From assembly GCA_028697015.1 (NCBI GenBank), contig JAQVFW010000003.1:1-51376 (forward strand): DNA of 51,376 nt, in the 5' to 3' direction. Source of the DNA: Minisyncoccota bacterium (GTDB taxonomy: Bacteria; Patescibacteriota; Minisyncoccia; Minisyncoccales; GWA2-38-27). The notes under the pieces were generated by a model. That model saw only the letters and a list, made by a program, of their open reading frames with translations, did not search any database and had not been told where the DNA came from. Shown in pieces: positions 37,890-47,245 of this stretch. A program made the translations under genes and the position numbers. How positions within the stretch are numbered: position 1 is the first letter of the stretch; each line of letters opens with the position of its first letter.

Positions 37890-37988
37890 CTCTCAAAGTG
37901 CTTGGCGAATTTTCGCCGGAAAGTTCATCGGGCAACCATTGCCCGATGACAAATAAGATAGCAGAATATTTCAAAAAGTCAAATTGAA

Positions 37989-38017
37989 TTGACAAACCAA
38001 TATCAAAACTGTATATT
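37989..38017 (+). promoter_or_regulatory. Sigma70-like promoter for 38053..38547
   Basis: TTGACA (37989..37994), a 17-nt spacer, then TATATT (38012..38017). It is preceded by the palindrome gtcaaattgaattgac. Confidence 0.6.
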
Positions 38018-38052
38018 TACCCGCAGTTCCTTATTGTTTAAAGGAGAGACAA

Positions 38053-38547
38053 ATGCCAAACAATACAGTTCTTTTTCAAAACTCAAATAAAATAAATTTA
38101 AATCTTATTGATTTAATAAGGGAAATTGCCATGTTTTTTCACAGAAAGAAAGAGGAATTTAACTCCTTGCAAGTTTTGGATATAATTCGAATTAATTTTA
38201 ATGACGAATTTCCCGATATTACCATTTATGATATTGAAAATATTCTTGCCTGTTGCAAAATAGATTGTTCAAAAAACGGGCAAAGAAAAAAAAAGAAAAA
38301 GAAATCTTTTCCAAAAACAAATCAAAACGCTTATTGGCCCTTACATCGCCATAATCTAATAAGTGAACTTGAAAAAGCCGGTCGGCCTCTTTTGCCAAAA
38401 GAACTTAAGGAAAGATTGCTTGCTTTGGGCTTGCCTTTATCCCTTTTTGAAAATTCCCGGTATCATGGATACCTGACATGCCTCAAAAAGGCAAAAAAAA
38501 TTCAATACCTTAAAGATGGAAGATATGCATCCGTTGAAAAACAATAA
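38053..38547 (+). CDS. Hypothetical protein (164 aa) with an internal poly-Lys tract
   Basis: SD aaggagag upstream and a terminator downstream. No family recognised. Confidence 0.5.
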   Translation: MPNNTVLFQNSNKINLNLIDLIREIAMFFHRKKEEFNSLQVLDIIRINFNDEFPDITIYDIENILACCKIDCSKNGQRKKKKKKSFPKTNQNAYWPLHRHNLISELEKAGRPLLPKELKERLLALGLPLSLFENSRYHGYLTCLKKAKKIQYLKDGRYASVEKQ

Positions 38548-38595
38548 GCGCCCCTTTGAGGCGCTTTTATATTTTAAAGCCCGAAGGGGCTTTTT
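38548..38595 (+). terminator. Tandem terminator hairpins
   Basis: gcgcc-cctttga-ggcgc followed by tttt, then agccc-gaag-gggct followed by ttttt. Confidence 0.7.
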
Positions 38596-38614
38596 GAGAA
38601 ACTTTACAATTATT

Positions 38615-38752
38615 CTATAGAAGCAATAAGCTCCAAATCATCTGAATAAAATTATTAAAAAAGCGCTTCCAAAAAGAATATCCGTTCCAACAAATAGCAA
38701 GCGCCGTATCAATTAAAAGCATCACGAAAATAAGAATAAGAGCTTCTTCCAT
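38615..38752 (-). CDS. Candidate small membrane protein (45 aa), not in the ORF track
   Basis: Hand translation gives MEEALILIFVMLLIDTALAICWNGYSFWKRFFNNFIQMIWSLLLL, with SD aaggagaa upstream. Confidence 0.35.
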   Translation of the reverse strand: MEEALILIFVMLLIDTALAICWNGYSFWKRFFNNFIQMIWSLLLL

Positions 38753-38841
38753 TAAGTTTCTCCTTGAAAGATCAATTTGCCCTTTACTTGGAAACGTTCC
38801 AAATAAAGACGGCTTAAAACTACTGCCCTTTTTTGTAGTTG

Positions 38842-38913
38842 TGCCCCGCGCAGGACTCGAACCTGCAACTCTCGGCTTAAAAGGCCGTTACTCTACCATT
38901 GAGTTAGCGGGGC
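38842..38913 (-). tRNA. tRNA-Lys (anticodon UUU), no encoded CCA
   Basis: Hand fold: acceptor GCCCCGC/GCGGGGC, D arm ACTC/GAGT, anticodon loop CTTTTAA, T arm GCAGG-TTCGAGT-CCTGC and discriminator A. Length 72 nt, followed by CAA. Confidence 0.88.
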
Positions 38914-38971
38914 ATTTCTTTTTATTAAAGTATAATAAACTATAAAAAAAAATATGTAAAGAACAAAAAAA

Positions 38972-39003
38972 ACAGGAACATTTAATAAACATTCCTGTTT
39001 TTT
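38972..39003. terminator. Bidirectional terminator downstream of the dnaK operon
   Basis: acaggaa...ttcctgt stem flanked by A-runs and T-runs. Confidence 0.6.
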
Positions 39004-39012
39004 GCGCCTTAG

Positions 39013-39126
39013 TTAAGCGGCGTCTGTTTCCTCTGTGCTTGTTTCTTCTGTGGTTGTTTCTTCAGCACCTGTTTCTTCTGTGTCTGTTTCTTCTACAGGA
39101 GCATTGTTGTTATTATTTTCTTCCAT
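39013..39126 (-). CDS. Candidate acidic micro-ORF (37 aa) with EET repeats
   Basis: Hand translation gives MEENNNNNAPVEETDTEETGAEETTTEETSTEETDAA. The underlying DNA carries a gaagaaaca-type periodic repeat. Coding status is uncertain. Confidence 0.3.
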   Translation of the reverse strand: MEENNNNNAPVEETDTEETGAEETTTEETSTEETDAA

Positions 39127-39218
39127 AGTATTTTTCCTGTTAAGTTTATAACCTCACCTATCAACCTTTAAGCCCGATTTTAGCAAATTAAGAGGAACAA
39201 TGCAAGGAAAATAAGGAG

Positions 39219-40286
39219 TTAGAGGCCGTTTTTTTTCATTTCTTCAAGAATTTTCTTTTGCTCTTTGGTTACTTTTTTAGGAGAATTGATATTTAATTGG
39301 ACGTATAAGTCCCCTCTTCCTCTTCCAGAAAAGCGAGGAATGCCTTTTTCTGTTATCTTTAGAACCTTGCCTGATTCTGTTCCAGGAGAAACCTTCAAAA
39401 AAAGCTTTGTTTTCTCAAGAGTGGCTATTTCCACTTCTCCTCCGAGTATTGCAGTTGAATAAGGTATAGAAATGCCGGCAAAAAGATTGTCTCCTTCTCT
39501 TTCAAAAAAAGAATGTTTTTTTACATAAACCCTGACATAAAGATTTCCCGAAGCAAGTCCCCTTCTTCCGGCTTCTCCCATTTTGACAAACTTAAGAACT
39601 TGATTGGTATCGACTCCCGAAGGGATAGTAACGATAATCCTGTTTTCTTCTTTTATTCTTCCTTCTCCCCTGCAAACATTACAAGGAACCTTCGGATTTT
39701 TTCCAACTCCGTTGCACTGGGGACAGACAGCTTTTTTAGTATATGAACCCAAAAATGTCTGTTTGATTTGTTGAACTTCTCCAGTTCCTCCGCATGAGAA
39801 ACATTCATTCAAAGAAGTTCCTGGTTCTCCTCCGGTTCCGCTGCATCTTTTGCAAACAGAAAGCTTGTAAAGAGAAATCTCTTTTTTGATTTCTTTTAAC
39901 GTTTCTTCAAGAGAAATTTCAATGTCTATAGTAATATCTTTTCCCTTATTGACGTTTTTCTTTCCCTGTCCTTGCCTTCCGAATCCGAATAAATCTCCGA
40001 ATATATCTCCAAGGTCTTCAAAATCAAAATCAACGTTAAAACCTCCTTGATTTCCCTGTCCTTGCCAGTTAAAACCGCCCGGCTGATCAGTTCCAAACCT
40101 GTCATAATTGCTTCTCTTTTGAGAATTGGAAAGAACCTGATAAGCCTCGTTTATCTCTTTAAACTTCTGCTCGTCTCCTCCTTCTTTATCGGGGTGGTGC
40201 TTGTGGGCCATCTTTCGGTAAGCCTTTTTGACTTCCTCTTGAGAAGCTTCTCTTGATATGCCAAGTATTTGATAATAGTCCTTCAT
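39219..40286 (-). CDS. dnaJ: Chaperone DnaJ
   Basis: J domain with HPDK, a G-rich linker and four CxxCxGxG zinc-finger repeats. Confidence 0.95.
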   Translation of the reverse strand: MKDYYQILGISREASQEEVKKAYRKMAHKHHPDKEGGDEQKFKEINEAYQVLSNSQKRSNYDRFGTDQPGGFNWQGQGNQGGFNVDFDFEDLGDIFGDLFGFGRQGQGKKNVNKGKDITIDIEISLEETLKEIKKEISLYKLSVCKRCSGTGGEPGTSLNECFSCGGTGEVQQIKQTFLGSYTKKAVCPQCNGVGKNPKVPCNVCRGEGRIKEENRIIVTIPSGVDTNQVLKFVKMGEAGRRGLASGNLYVRVYVKKHSFFEREGDNLFAGISIPYSTAILGGEVEIATLEKTKLFLKVSPGTESGKVLKITEKGIPRFSGRGRGDLYVQLNINSPKKVTKEQKKILEEMKKNGL

Positions 40287-40292
40287 AAGAGA

Positions 40293-42209
40293 TTAATTAG
40301 ATTCTTTTTCCTCCTTATACTCCCCTTCTTCCGGCTTTTTATTTTCCTTGCTCTGATTTTCCTGCCCCTCAGGCGCTTTTTCCTGACTATAGGCATCTTT
40401 TCCAATCTGCTGCATTATCTGTGAAAGCTGGGAATTCTTTTCTTTAATAGCATTAAGATCGTCCTGATCCTTTACTTTCTTTAATTCTTCTATTTTTTCA
40501 TTGGCTTCTTTTTTCTTTGATTCCTCTACCTTTTCTCCAAGATCTTTAAGCGTCTTTTCAGAAGTATTAATCAAGTTATCGGCCAAATTCCTCTCTTCAA
40601 TCAATTCTTTTTTCTTTTTGTCTTCTTCGGCATGCATTTCTGCGTCTTTTTTCATCTTCTCCACTTCTTCTTTTGAAATGCCGGTAGAGCCCTCTATTCT
40701 TATTGATTGAGATTTTCCGCTTGCTTTGTCTTTTGCCGAAACGCTAAGTATCCCGTTTGCATCTATATCAAACTGAACTTCTATCTGGGGAATTCCCCGC
40801 TTGGCGGGAGGAATCCCGTCAAGAATAAACTGTCCTAAGGATTTGTTGTCTTTTGCCATAGGACGCTCTCCCTGAAGAACATGAACTTGAACCGATGTTT
40901 GATTGTCCGCAGCAGTCGAAAAGACCTGGCTCTTTGAAGTAGGAATTGTCGTGTTTTTGGATATCAAAACCGTACTTACTCCTCCTAAGGTTTCTATGCC
41001 CAAAGAAAGAGGAGTAACATCTAGCAAAAGCATATCTTTTACATCTCCCTCTGTTTTTCTTCCTTCGTCTTTTGCAGAGAGTATTTCTCCTTGAATGGCC
41101 ACTCCCAGCGCAACAACTTCATCGGGATTAATTTCTTTGTTCACTTCTTTGTTAAATAATCTCTTTACTTCTTCCTGGATTTTAGGCATTCTTGTCTGCC
41201 CTCCAACCATAACCACCTCTTCAATATCTTCTATTTTCAAGTCGGCCTCTTTTAACGTTTCTTTCACTAAATTTATTGATTTTGAAATATAGTCGCTAAC
41301 AAGGTTTTCAAGAACAGCTCTGCTCATTTTGTAATAAAGATGCTTTGGACCGTCTTGTCCGGACGTAATAAACGGAAGGTTTATTTCTGTTTCAAGGGAA
41401 GTCGAAAGCTCAATTTTTGCCTTCTCTGCCACTTCTTTTATCCTTTGAAGAGCAAGCTGGTCCTTTGAAAGATCTATTCCCTGGTCTTTCTTAAATTGCT
41501 CAATTAGCCAGTCCATTACCTTTTGGTCGAAATCATCTCCTCCAAGGTGAGTATCTCCCCCGGTAGCTTTTACCTCTATCGTATCTTCTGCTATATCAAG
41601 AACAGAAATATCAAAAGTTCCTCCTCCAAAATCATAAACAACAATCTGTTCATTCTTTTTTTTAGTAAGACCGTATGCAAGAGCTGCCGCTGTCGGTTCG
41701 TTTATTACTCTTCTTACGTTAAATCCGGCTATTTCTCCCGCAATCTTGGTTGCCTTCCTTTGAGAGTCGTCAAAATACGCAGGACAAGTAATAATGGCAT
41801 CTGTTATTTTCTCTCCCAGCTTTTCTTCCGCGTCCTGCTTTAATTTCTTCAAGACCATGGCTGAAATTTCAGCCGGCTTATGCCAATTCTCCCCCATTTT
41901 TATTTCAATTCCTCCATCGCTTGCTTCTTTTATTTCATATGGCAAAAGCTTTTTGTCTTTTTGGACTTCCGGATCATTATACCTTCTCCCTATAAGCCTT
42001 TTTGCCGAAAATATCGTATTCTGAGGGTTTGTAATCTGCTGACGCCTTGCGATTACGCCAACAAGACGTTCCCCGGATTTACTCAAGGCAACAATTGAAG
42101 GAGTCGTCCTTCCCCCTTCCCTGTTTTCAATTATTCTCGGTTCTCCTCCTGTGACATTTGCCATAGCTGAAAATGTTGTTCCTAAATCAATTCCTATTAT
42201 TTTTCCCAT
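40293..42209 (-). CDS. dnaK: Chaperone DnaK (Hsp70)
   Basis: [20 protein letters not shown] and [10 protein letters not shown] signatures. Confidence 0.97.
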   Translation of the reverse strand: MGKIIGIDLGTTFSAMANVTGGEPRIIENREGGRTTPSIVALSKSGERLVGVIARRQQITNPQNTIFSAKRLIGRRYNDPEVQKDKKLLPYEIKEASDGGIEIKMGENWHKPAEISAMVLKKLKQDAEEKLGEKITDAIITCPAYFDDSQRKATKIAGEIAGFNVRRVINEPTAAALAYGLTKKKNEQIVVYDFGGGTFDISVLDIAEDTIEVKATGGDTHLGGDDFDQKVMDWLIEQFKKDQGIDLSKDQLALQRIKEVAEKAKIELSTSLETEINLPFITSGQDGPKHLYYKMSRAVLENLVSDYISKSINLVKETLKEADLKIEDIEEVVMVGGQTRMPKIQEEVKRLFNKEVNKEINPDEVVALGVAIQGEILSAKDEGRKTEGDVKDMLLLDVTPLSLGIETLGGVSTVLISKNTTIPTSKSQVFSTAADNQTSVQVHVLQGERPMAKDNKSLGQFILDGIPPAKRGIPQIEVQFDIDANGILSVSAKDKASGKSQSIRIEGSTGISKEEVEKMKKDAEMHAEEDKKKKELIEERNLADNLINTSEKTLKDLGEKVEESKKKEANEKIEELKKVKDQDDLNAIKEKNSQLSQIMQQIGKDAYSQEKAPEGQENQSKENKKPEEGEYKEEKESN

Positions 42210-42245
42210 ATTTTTTTATTATTTTTAATTATTTATATATTTATT

Positions 42246-42698
42246 TTATTTAACGACTTTTACTTTGGACGGCCTTATCACTCTTCCTTTAAGAAGATAT
42301 CCTTTTTGGATTTCTTCATTTATCGTTTGGGATTTTTCCCCCTCAACCACCTCAACTGCTTCATGAAAATTAGGATCAAAATCTTTCCCCAATGAAGCAT
42401 CTATCTCTTCAACTCCTAATGACTTTAAAAATTCTTTTAACTGGTTTTCTATTTTTAAAAATCCTTCCATCCAACCTTCTTTTTTTTCCGGAGCTTCTTT
42501 TCTTGCAAGGGCAAAGCTATCCAGCACAGGAAGAAGCTCGCTTACCGTTTCTTCCAAAAAATAGTTTAAGGTCTTTCCCGCTCTTTCCATTTCATCCTTT
42601 TTATAGTTGATAAAATCGGCCCTTTCTCTTTTAAAACTGTTTAAAATTTCTTCTTTTTCTTTTTTGCACTTCTCAAGCTCTTTTTTTATTTCTTCCAT
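42246..42698 (-). CDS. grpE: Nucleotide exchange factor GrpE
   Basis: RERADFINYKKD...LLPVLDSF...FDPNFHEA pattern. Confidence 0.9.
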   Translation of the reverse strand: MEEIKKELEKCKKEKEEILNSFKRERADFINYKKDEMERAGKTLNYFLEETVSELLPVLDSFALARKEAPEKKEGWMEGFLKIENQLKEFLKSLGVEEIDASLGKDFDPNFHEAVEVVEGEKSQTINEEIQKGYLLKGRVIRPSKVKVVK

Positions 42699-43377
42699 AT
42701 TCGTATTTTAATATTAGATTTATATTTTTATCATACTCCATCCTTGAAGGTCCCAAAATTCCCAAATAAACATTGGGCAAGCTGTTTTTTGAAACTATCA
42801 AGGAAAAATTATCAAAGTTTATAAAGGGCTTTTCTTTCCCTATACAAACGTCAAAATCTTCAAACTCTCCAAACAATTCTTTTATTTCTTTTTCCAGAAT
42901 ATCAAACTGGCAAAGGAAATCCTCAAGAAATTCTTTCTCTTCAAATTCAGGATTTTTTAAAACAGCGCTCCAGCCGCTTGCAAGAAAAATATCCTCCTCA
43001 AGAAGATAAGCAAAAACCAGATTTGAAGAAACAAGCGCCATTTTTTTGATAATCTCCTCTATCATCTTTATATCAATATCAAGAACCTTTTTATTTTCCA
43101 AAATATCGTCTATAATGGAAAAATCGTTTTCTGGATTTTTCAATAGAAAATTATCAACGAAAAAGCGATATCCTTTTGCGGTTGGAACTCTTCCTGAAGA
43201 AGTATAAAGCTGACTAAGATACCCTTCTTTTGAAAGAGAATTCATTTCATTTCTTATTGTTGCCGTAGAAAGACCAAATTTGCATTTCTTTTCAAGGAAA
43301 GCGGAACCGACAGGATGGGCAGTCCTTATATACTCTTTTACAATTTTGCCAAGAATTTTTTCCTGTCTTAACGTCAT
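42673..43377 (-). CDS. hrcA: Heat-inducible transcription repressor HrcA (short form, 234 aa)
   Basis: N-terminal wHTH LTLRQEKILGKIVKEYIRTAHPVGS, first position in the grpE-dnaK-dnaJ operon, and a CIRCE-like operator upstream. Confidence 0.8.
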   Translation of the reverse strand: MTLRQEKILGKIVKEYIRTAHPVGSAFLEKKCKFGLSTATIRNEMNSLSKEGYLSQLYTSSGRVPTAKGYRFFVDNFLLKNPENDFSIIDDILENKKVLDIDIKMIEEIIKKMALVSSNLVFAYLLEEDIFLASGWSAVLKNPEFEEKEFLEDFLCQFDILEKEIKELFGEFEDFDVCIGKEKPFINFDNFSLIVSKNSLPNVYLGILGPSRMEYDKNINLILKYEYGRNKKRA

Positions 43378-43384
43378 AGAAACA

Positions 43385-43413
43385 ATAATAGAAAATTAGC
43401 AATTAAATGTCAA
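43385..43413 (-). promoter_or_regulatory. Promoter of the hrcA-grpE-dnaK-dnaJ operon
   Basis: On the - strand, TTGACA (43408..43413), a 17-nt spacer, then TATTAT (43385..43390). Confidence 0.65.
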
Positions 43414-43422
43414 GAGCGCTAA
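43396..43422. promoter_or_regulatory. Degenerate CIRCE-like operator (9-N9-9 inverted repeat)
   Basis: TTAGCAATT-N9-GAGCGCTAA against the consensus TTAGCACTC-N9-GAGTGCTAA. It overlaps the -35 of the hrcA promoter. Confidence 0.6.
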
Positions 43423-44999
43423 TATATAAAAATATGAATAAAAAAATAATAATACTTCTTTTAATCATTTTTCTGGCGTTTTTTTTCAGATTTTGGCAGC
43501 TTGATCTTATTCCCCCAGGCCTCTGGCCAGATGAGGCGATGAATGGAAACGATGCGGTTGAAACATTAAAAAGCGGCAATTTCAAGCTTTTCTATCCGGA
43601 CAATAACGGAAGGGAGGGCCTTTTTATGTGGATTATATCCCTCTCTTTTCATTTTTTCGGCATTAGCATGTGGTCTTTAAAATTTTCTTCCGCTCTTTTG
43701 GGCTCGCTTACCGTTTTGGGAATGTTTTTTTTAACCAAGGAAGTTTTCCTTATTTTTAAAAAAGAAGATAAAACGGCTCCTCTGGTTGCTTCTTTTCTTC
43801 TTGCCACATCTTTCTGGCATTTGAACTTCAGCCGTATCGCCTTTAGGGCCATCATGAGCCCTTTTTGCCTTCTCTTTTCTTTCTATTTTCTTCTAAGAGG
43901 GTTTAGAACAAAAAAAATATGGAATTTTATACTCTCCGGAATATTTTTCGGAATAGGATTTCATACGTACATTTCTTTCAGAATGGCCCCTCTTCTTTTT
44001 CTTGCGTTTCTTACCCCGTTGTTTTTTCAATATTTAAAAAACAAATCCCTTAATAAATATATTGCTTTTGTTTCTCTCTACCTTATTTCCATTTTCATAG
44101 TCGCTCTTCCAATAGGAATATATTTTTTAAACAATCCAGGCGACTTTATGGGAAGAACTTCCCAGGTTTCAATTTTTGATTCCGAAAATCCTCTTCTTTT
44201 TGGTGCAAAAAGCCTCATCTCTCACCTTGCAATGTTTAATTTTTACGGAGACCCGAATTGGAGGCATAATTTTTCAACAAGCCCAATGCTTCCCTTTTCT
44301 CTTGGTCTTCTTTTTCTTGTCGGGGTTATAGCTTCCCTGAAGGGCTTTCTTGTTTCTTTTAGAAATAAAGATTATTCTCTTCTTGCAGTTTATTCTCTGA
44401 TTTTTTCCTGGTTTTTTGTAATGCTCTTGCCGGGAATACTGACAAGCGAAGGAATCCCCCATGCTCTTCGTGTTCTTAACGTTATTCCGGTTATTTACCT
44501 TCTTGTTACAATCGGATTTTTTTGGGTTTATAAAAAACTTAAAGAAAATTTAAAAGAAGAAAAAAAGATTAAAATTCTTAATATTTTAACAATATTCTTT
44601 CTCTTTACAGTGGGATTTTCTGAAATAAACAAGTATTTTTACAATTGGGCAGAAAGAGAAGAAGTAAGGCATTCTTTTACCGAAAACTATGTTGAAATAG
44701 GGACTTATTTGAATTCGCTGCCAAATGACGTTAAAAAATATGTGATGATAAACGAACCGGGTAAATTTCTTCACGGGATATCCATTTCCGCCCAAACCCC
44801 GATGTTTATTGAAAAAACAAAATATAGAGAAACAAGGGCAGAGTATATAAGATTTGAAGAAATAGAGAAAATAAATCCCAAAGAGCATTCCATAGTTATT
44901 CCTATTTATCCTGAAAAATCCATTGAAGAGCTCGAAAGGATTTTTGAAAACGGCATTGTAAAATTAGAAAATAACGTATTAATTTTTGAAATAAAATGA
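43407..44999 (+). CDS. Membrane glycosyltransferase, GT-C fold (ArnT/PMT family 39-like, 530 aa)
   Basis: LWPDEAMNGNDA loop after TM1 and more than 10 TM helices. The start is more likely the ATG at 43434, because 43407 lies inside the hrcA operator. Confidence 0.75.
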   Translation: MSRALIYKNMNKKIIILLLIIFLAFFFRFWQLDLIPPGLWPDEAMNGNDAVETLKSGNFKLFYPDNNGREGLFMWIISLSFHFFGISMWSLKFSSALLGSLTVLGMFFLTKEVFLIFKKEDKTAPLVASFLLATSFWHLNFSRIAFRAIMSPFCLLFSFYFLLRGFRTKKIWNFILSGIFFGIGFHTYISFRMAPLLFLAFLTPLFFQYLKNKSLNKYIAFVSLYLISIFIVALPIGIYFLNNPGDFMGRTSQVSIFDSENPLLFGAKSLISHLAMFNFYGDPNWRHNFSTSPMLPFSLGLLFLVGVIASLKGFLVSFRNKDYSLLAVYSLIFSWFFVMLLPGILTSEGIPHALRVLNVIPVIYLLVTIGFFWVYKKLKENLKEEKKIKILNILTIFFLFTVGFSEINKYFYNWAEREEVRHSFTENYVEIGTYLNSLPNDVKKYVMINEPGKFLHGISISAQTPMFIEKTKYRETRAEYIRFEEIEKINPKEHSIVIPIYPEKSIEELERIFENGIVKLENNVLIFEIK

Positions 45000-46741
45000 A
45001 GAATAAAACAACATATATAATCGCCACAATTCTTTTAATCTTTCTCTTTTTCATTTCCTTCACAAGCATTCTTGAAGATACTCTCACCTTTGACGAAACG
45101 GCTCATGTTACGGCAGGATATTCGTATTTAATAAAAAAAGATATGAGGGTCAATCCCGAACATCCTCCTCTTGTTAAAAACATTGCCGCTTTTCCTCTTC
45201 TTTTTTTAAACCTTAATTTCCCTTCCGATTCCCCGAACTGGACGCAAGAACAGCCTCCCAGATGGTGGGTTCAATTTGATCTTGCAAATGATTTCATTTA
45301 CAACTCTAAAAACAATCCCGATAAGATAATGCTTTTTTCAAGAACGGTTATGATTCTTTTTCTTCTTCTTTTGGGATTTCTTATCTTTCATTTTGCAAGA
45401 AAAAAATATGGTAACAAAGCAGGCCTCATTTCTTTGTTTCTTTTTTCGTTCTCCCCTACCTTTCTTGCCCATGGACGGCTTATTAACACCGATATCGGAG
45501 CGGCTTTCGGCGCCCTTCTTTCTTTTTACTTTTGGCTCAGGTTTTTTGAAAAGCCAAGCAAAAAAAGCGTACTTTTGGCGGGAATAACTTTCGGAATAGC
45601 CCTTTCTCTCAAATTTTCTTTGGTGTTGCTTATTCCAACCTTTGTCATAATTACCCTTGTTTACGCTCTTTTGCAAGAAAAGCCCTTTTACCAGCTTCTT
45701 AAGTATTCTCTTTTATCTTTCCTTGCGGGAGTTATAGGAATGGTTTTTGTCGTTTTCCCTCTTTACCAATATCATGTTTACAATTATCCCCCCGAACGCC
45801 AGGCAAGAGATGCCGAATATATTCTTGAAACGTTTGGAAACAGGACAATTGTAAACGGCATCATTTATTCTTCAGAAAGACCCTTTTTAAGGCCCTTTGC
45901 TCAGTATTTCCTTGGCCTTTTTACGGCAATGCAAAGAGTTGACGGAGGAAACACCACTTTCTTTTTAGGAGAGGTCTCAAGCGGTTCTTTTAAGAGCTAT
46001 TTCCCCACCGTTTATTTCATAAAAGAAACATTAACATTTCATATTCTTACCATAATATCCCTCGCTCTTCTTTTCCTTTACATTTTGAAATACCGTCTTT
46101 TTCAAAGGCCTATTTACGCCTTAAGAGAATATTTTGCCGAATTCTCAATGTTTGTCTTTATGACAATTTACTGGTACACCAGCATAAATTCAAATCTTAA
46201 TATTGGAGTTAGGCATCTTCTTCCCGTTTTCCCCTTTGCTTTTATTCTTGTAGGAGGAGCAATCTCAAAGGTAAATTTCAGTAAAAGTTTTAAGATTCTT
46301 CTTTTTGCCTTGTTCTCTTTTCAAATTTACTCTGTAATATCTATTTATCCTCATTTTCTTGCTTACTTTAACGAAACGGTAACTCCTCAAAAAGGGCACT
46401 TGTATGTCGTTGATTCAAATCTTGATTGGGGGCAGGATTTAAAGCGATTGAAAAATCTTCTTGATGAAAAAGAAATTGATTTTATTTACATTGACTACTT
46501 TGGAGGAGGAAATCTTGATTATTATCTCGGAGAAGAAAATTACAAAAGATGGGAAGGATTAAACAGCCCCCACGATTTTCCAAAAGGGAACTGGCTTGCC
46601 GTTTCCTTAAATCAGCTTCAGGGAGGAAGAGGCATTCCGGTTAAAGGATACGACCAAAGAACCGATTACTACATGTGGCTTAATAAATATGAGCCAAGTC
46701 ATGTAATAGGATATTCTATTTTTCTTTATTATGTAGATTAA
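44996..46741 (+). CDS. Second membrane glycosyltransferase, GT-C fold (PMT_2/GT83-like, 581 aa)
   Basis: FDETAHVTAGY...PEHPPLVK loop typical of DxD/ExD-loop GT-C enzymes. It is polytopic and overlaps the upstream gene by 4 nt. Confidence 0.7.
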   Translation: MKNKTTYIIATILLIFLFFISFTSILEDTLTFDETAHVTAGYSYLIKKDMRVNPEHPPLVKNIAAFPLLFLNLNFPSDSPNWTQEQPPRWWVQFDLANDFIYNSKNNPDKIMLFSRTVMILFLLLLGFLIFHFARKKYGNKAGLISLFLFSFSPTFLAHGRLINTDIGAAFGALLSFYFWLRFFEKPSKKSVLLAGITFGIALSLKFSLVLLIPTFVIITLVYALLQEKPFYQLLKYSLLSFLAGVIGMVFVVFPLYQYHVYNYPPERQARDAEYILETFGNRTIVNGIIYSSERPFLRPFAQYFLGLFTAMQRVDGGNTTFFLGEVSSGSFKSYFPTVYFIKETLTFHILTIISLALLFLYILKYRLFQRPIYALREYFAEFSMFVFMTIYWYTSINSNLNIGVRHLLPVFPFAFILVGGAISKVNFSKSFKILLFALFSFQIYSVISIYPHFLAYFNETVTPQKGHLYVVDSNLDWGQDLKRLKNLLDEKEIDFIYIDYFGGGNLDYYLGEENYKRWEGLNSPHDFPKGNWLAVSLNQLQGGRGIPVKGYDQRTDYYMWLNKYEPSHVIGYSIFLYYVD

Positions 46742-46801
46742 TCTATTATCTGCTAAACTTTAAGATAACCAGAAAGAACCTTCCGGGCCTGGTTTTAATA
46801 C

Positions 46802-47062
46802 TTAAAACTCTATTACATAAAGGCCCTTTTCCTCAATTTCTTTTCTCTGGTTAAAATCATCAAGCTTGAATTTTAAGATATATTTTATCTCTTTTTCTAT
46901 TTTTCTTCCTGTATATTCTTTTTTCTCCGGATCCCATTCTTCCAGAATAAGAATATCTTCTTCTTTTGCCTTAAAATCAGCAAGACGCAGTTCAAAATTC
47001 TTCTTTTTAGAAGAAACGAGTTCAAAATACTCTGGCCATATTTTCTTTTTAATTATTGCCAT
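46802..47062 (-). CDS. ASCH/DUF3850-like small protein (86 aa)
   Basis: KKKIWPEYFELVSSKKKNFELRLAD...ILILEEWD resembles the DUF3850 pattern from memory. Confidence 0.45.
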   Translation of the reverse strand: MAIIKKKIWPEYFELVSSKKKNFELRLADFKAKEEDILILEEWDPEKKEYTGRKIEKEIKYILKFKLDDFNQRKEIEEKGLYVIEF

Positions 47063-47245
47063 ATTTTTTTATATCATTCTTTAATCTCCAATTTATTTCA
47101 AAAGAAATTGAATGTTTATTCGGAATATTCCATTTTGAAAATCTAAAACAAAATAATTGAAATTTATTTTCTTCAATTCTGCCAATGCCGAATCTATTTA
47201 AAGTAAGTTCTATGTCTATAACCATGATTTTTAATTTTATAATTT

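Noticed and set aside
37655-38913. Possible second island at tRNA-Lys bounded by a partial direct repeat (gactcgaa at 37663..37670 and within the tRNA at about 38854..38861)
   Set aside because: Only an 8-mer plus a few scattered matches are shared, it lies inside the coding end of the 76-aa gene, and no integrase is present. It is most likely coincidence.
39030-39110. Short periodic repeats considered as a CRISPR-like or minisatellite array
   Set aside because: The units are about 9-12 nt with no spacers of CRISPR size, and no cas genes are present. I treat it as a coding or low-complexity repeat.
47063-47245. A roughly 58-codon - strand ORF starting at 47226 in the gap between the pyrE-like and ASCH-like genes
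   Set aside because: It has no SD, an odd composition and no recognisable motif, and it overlaps the downstream gene start. The evidence is insufficient.
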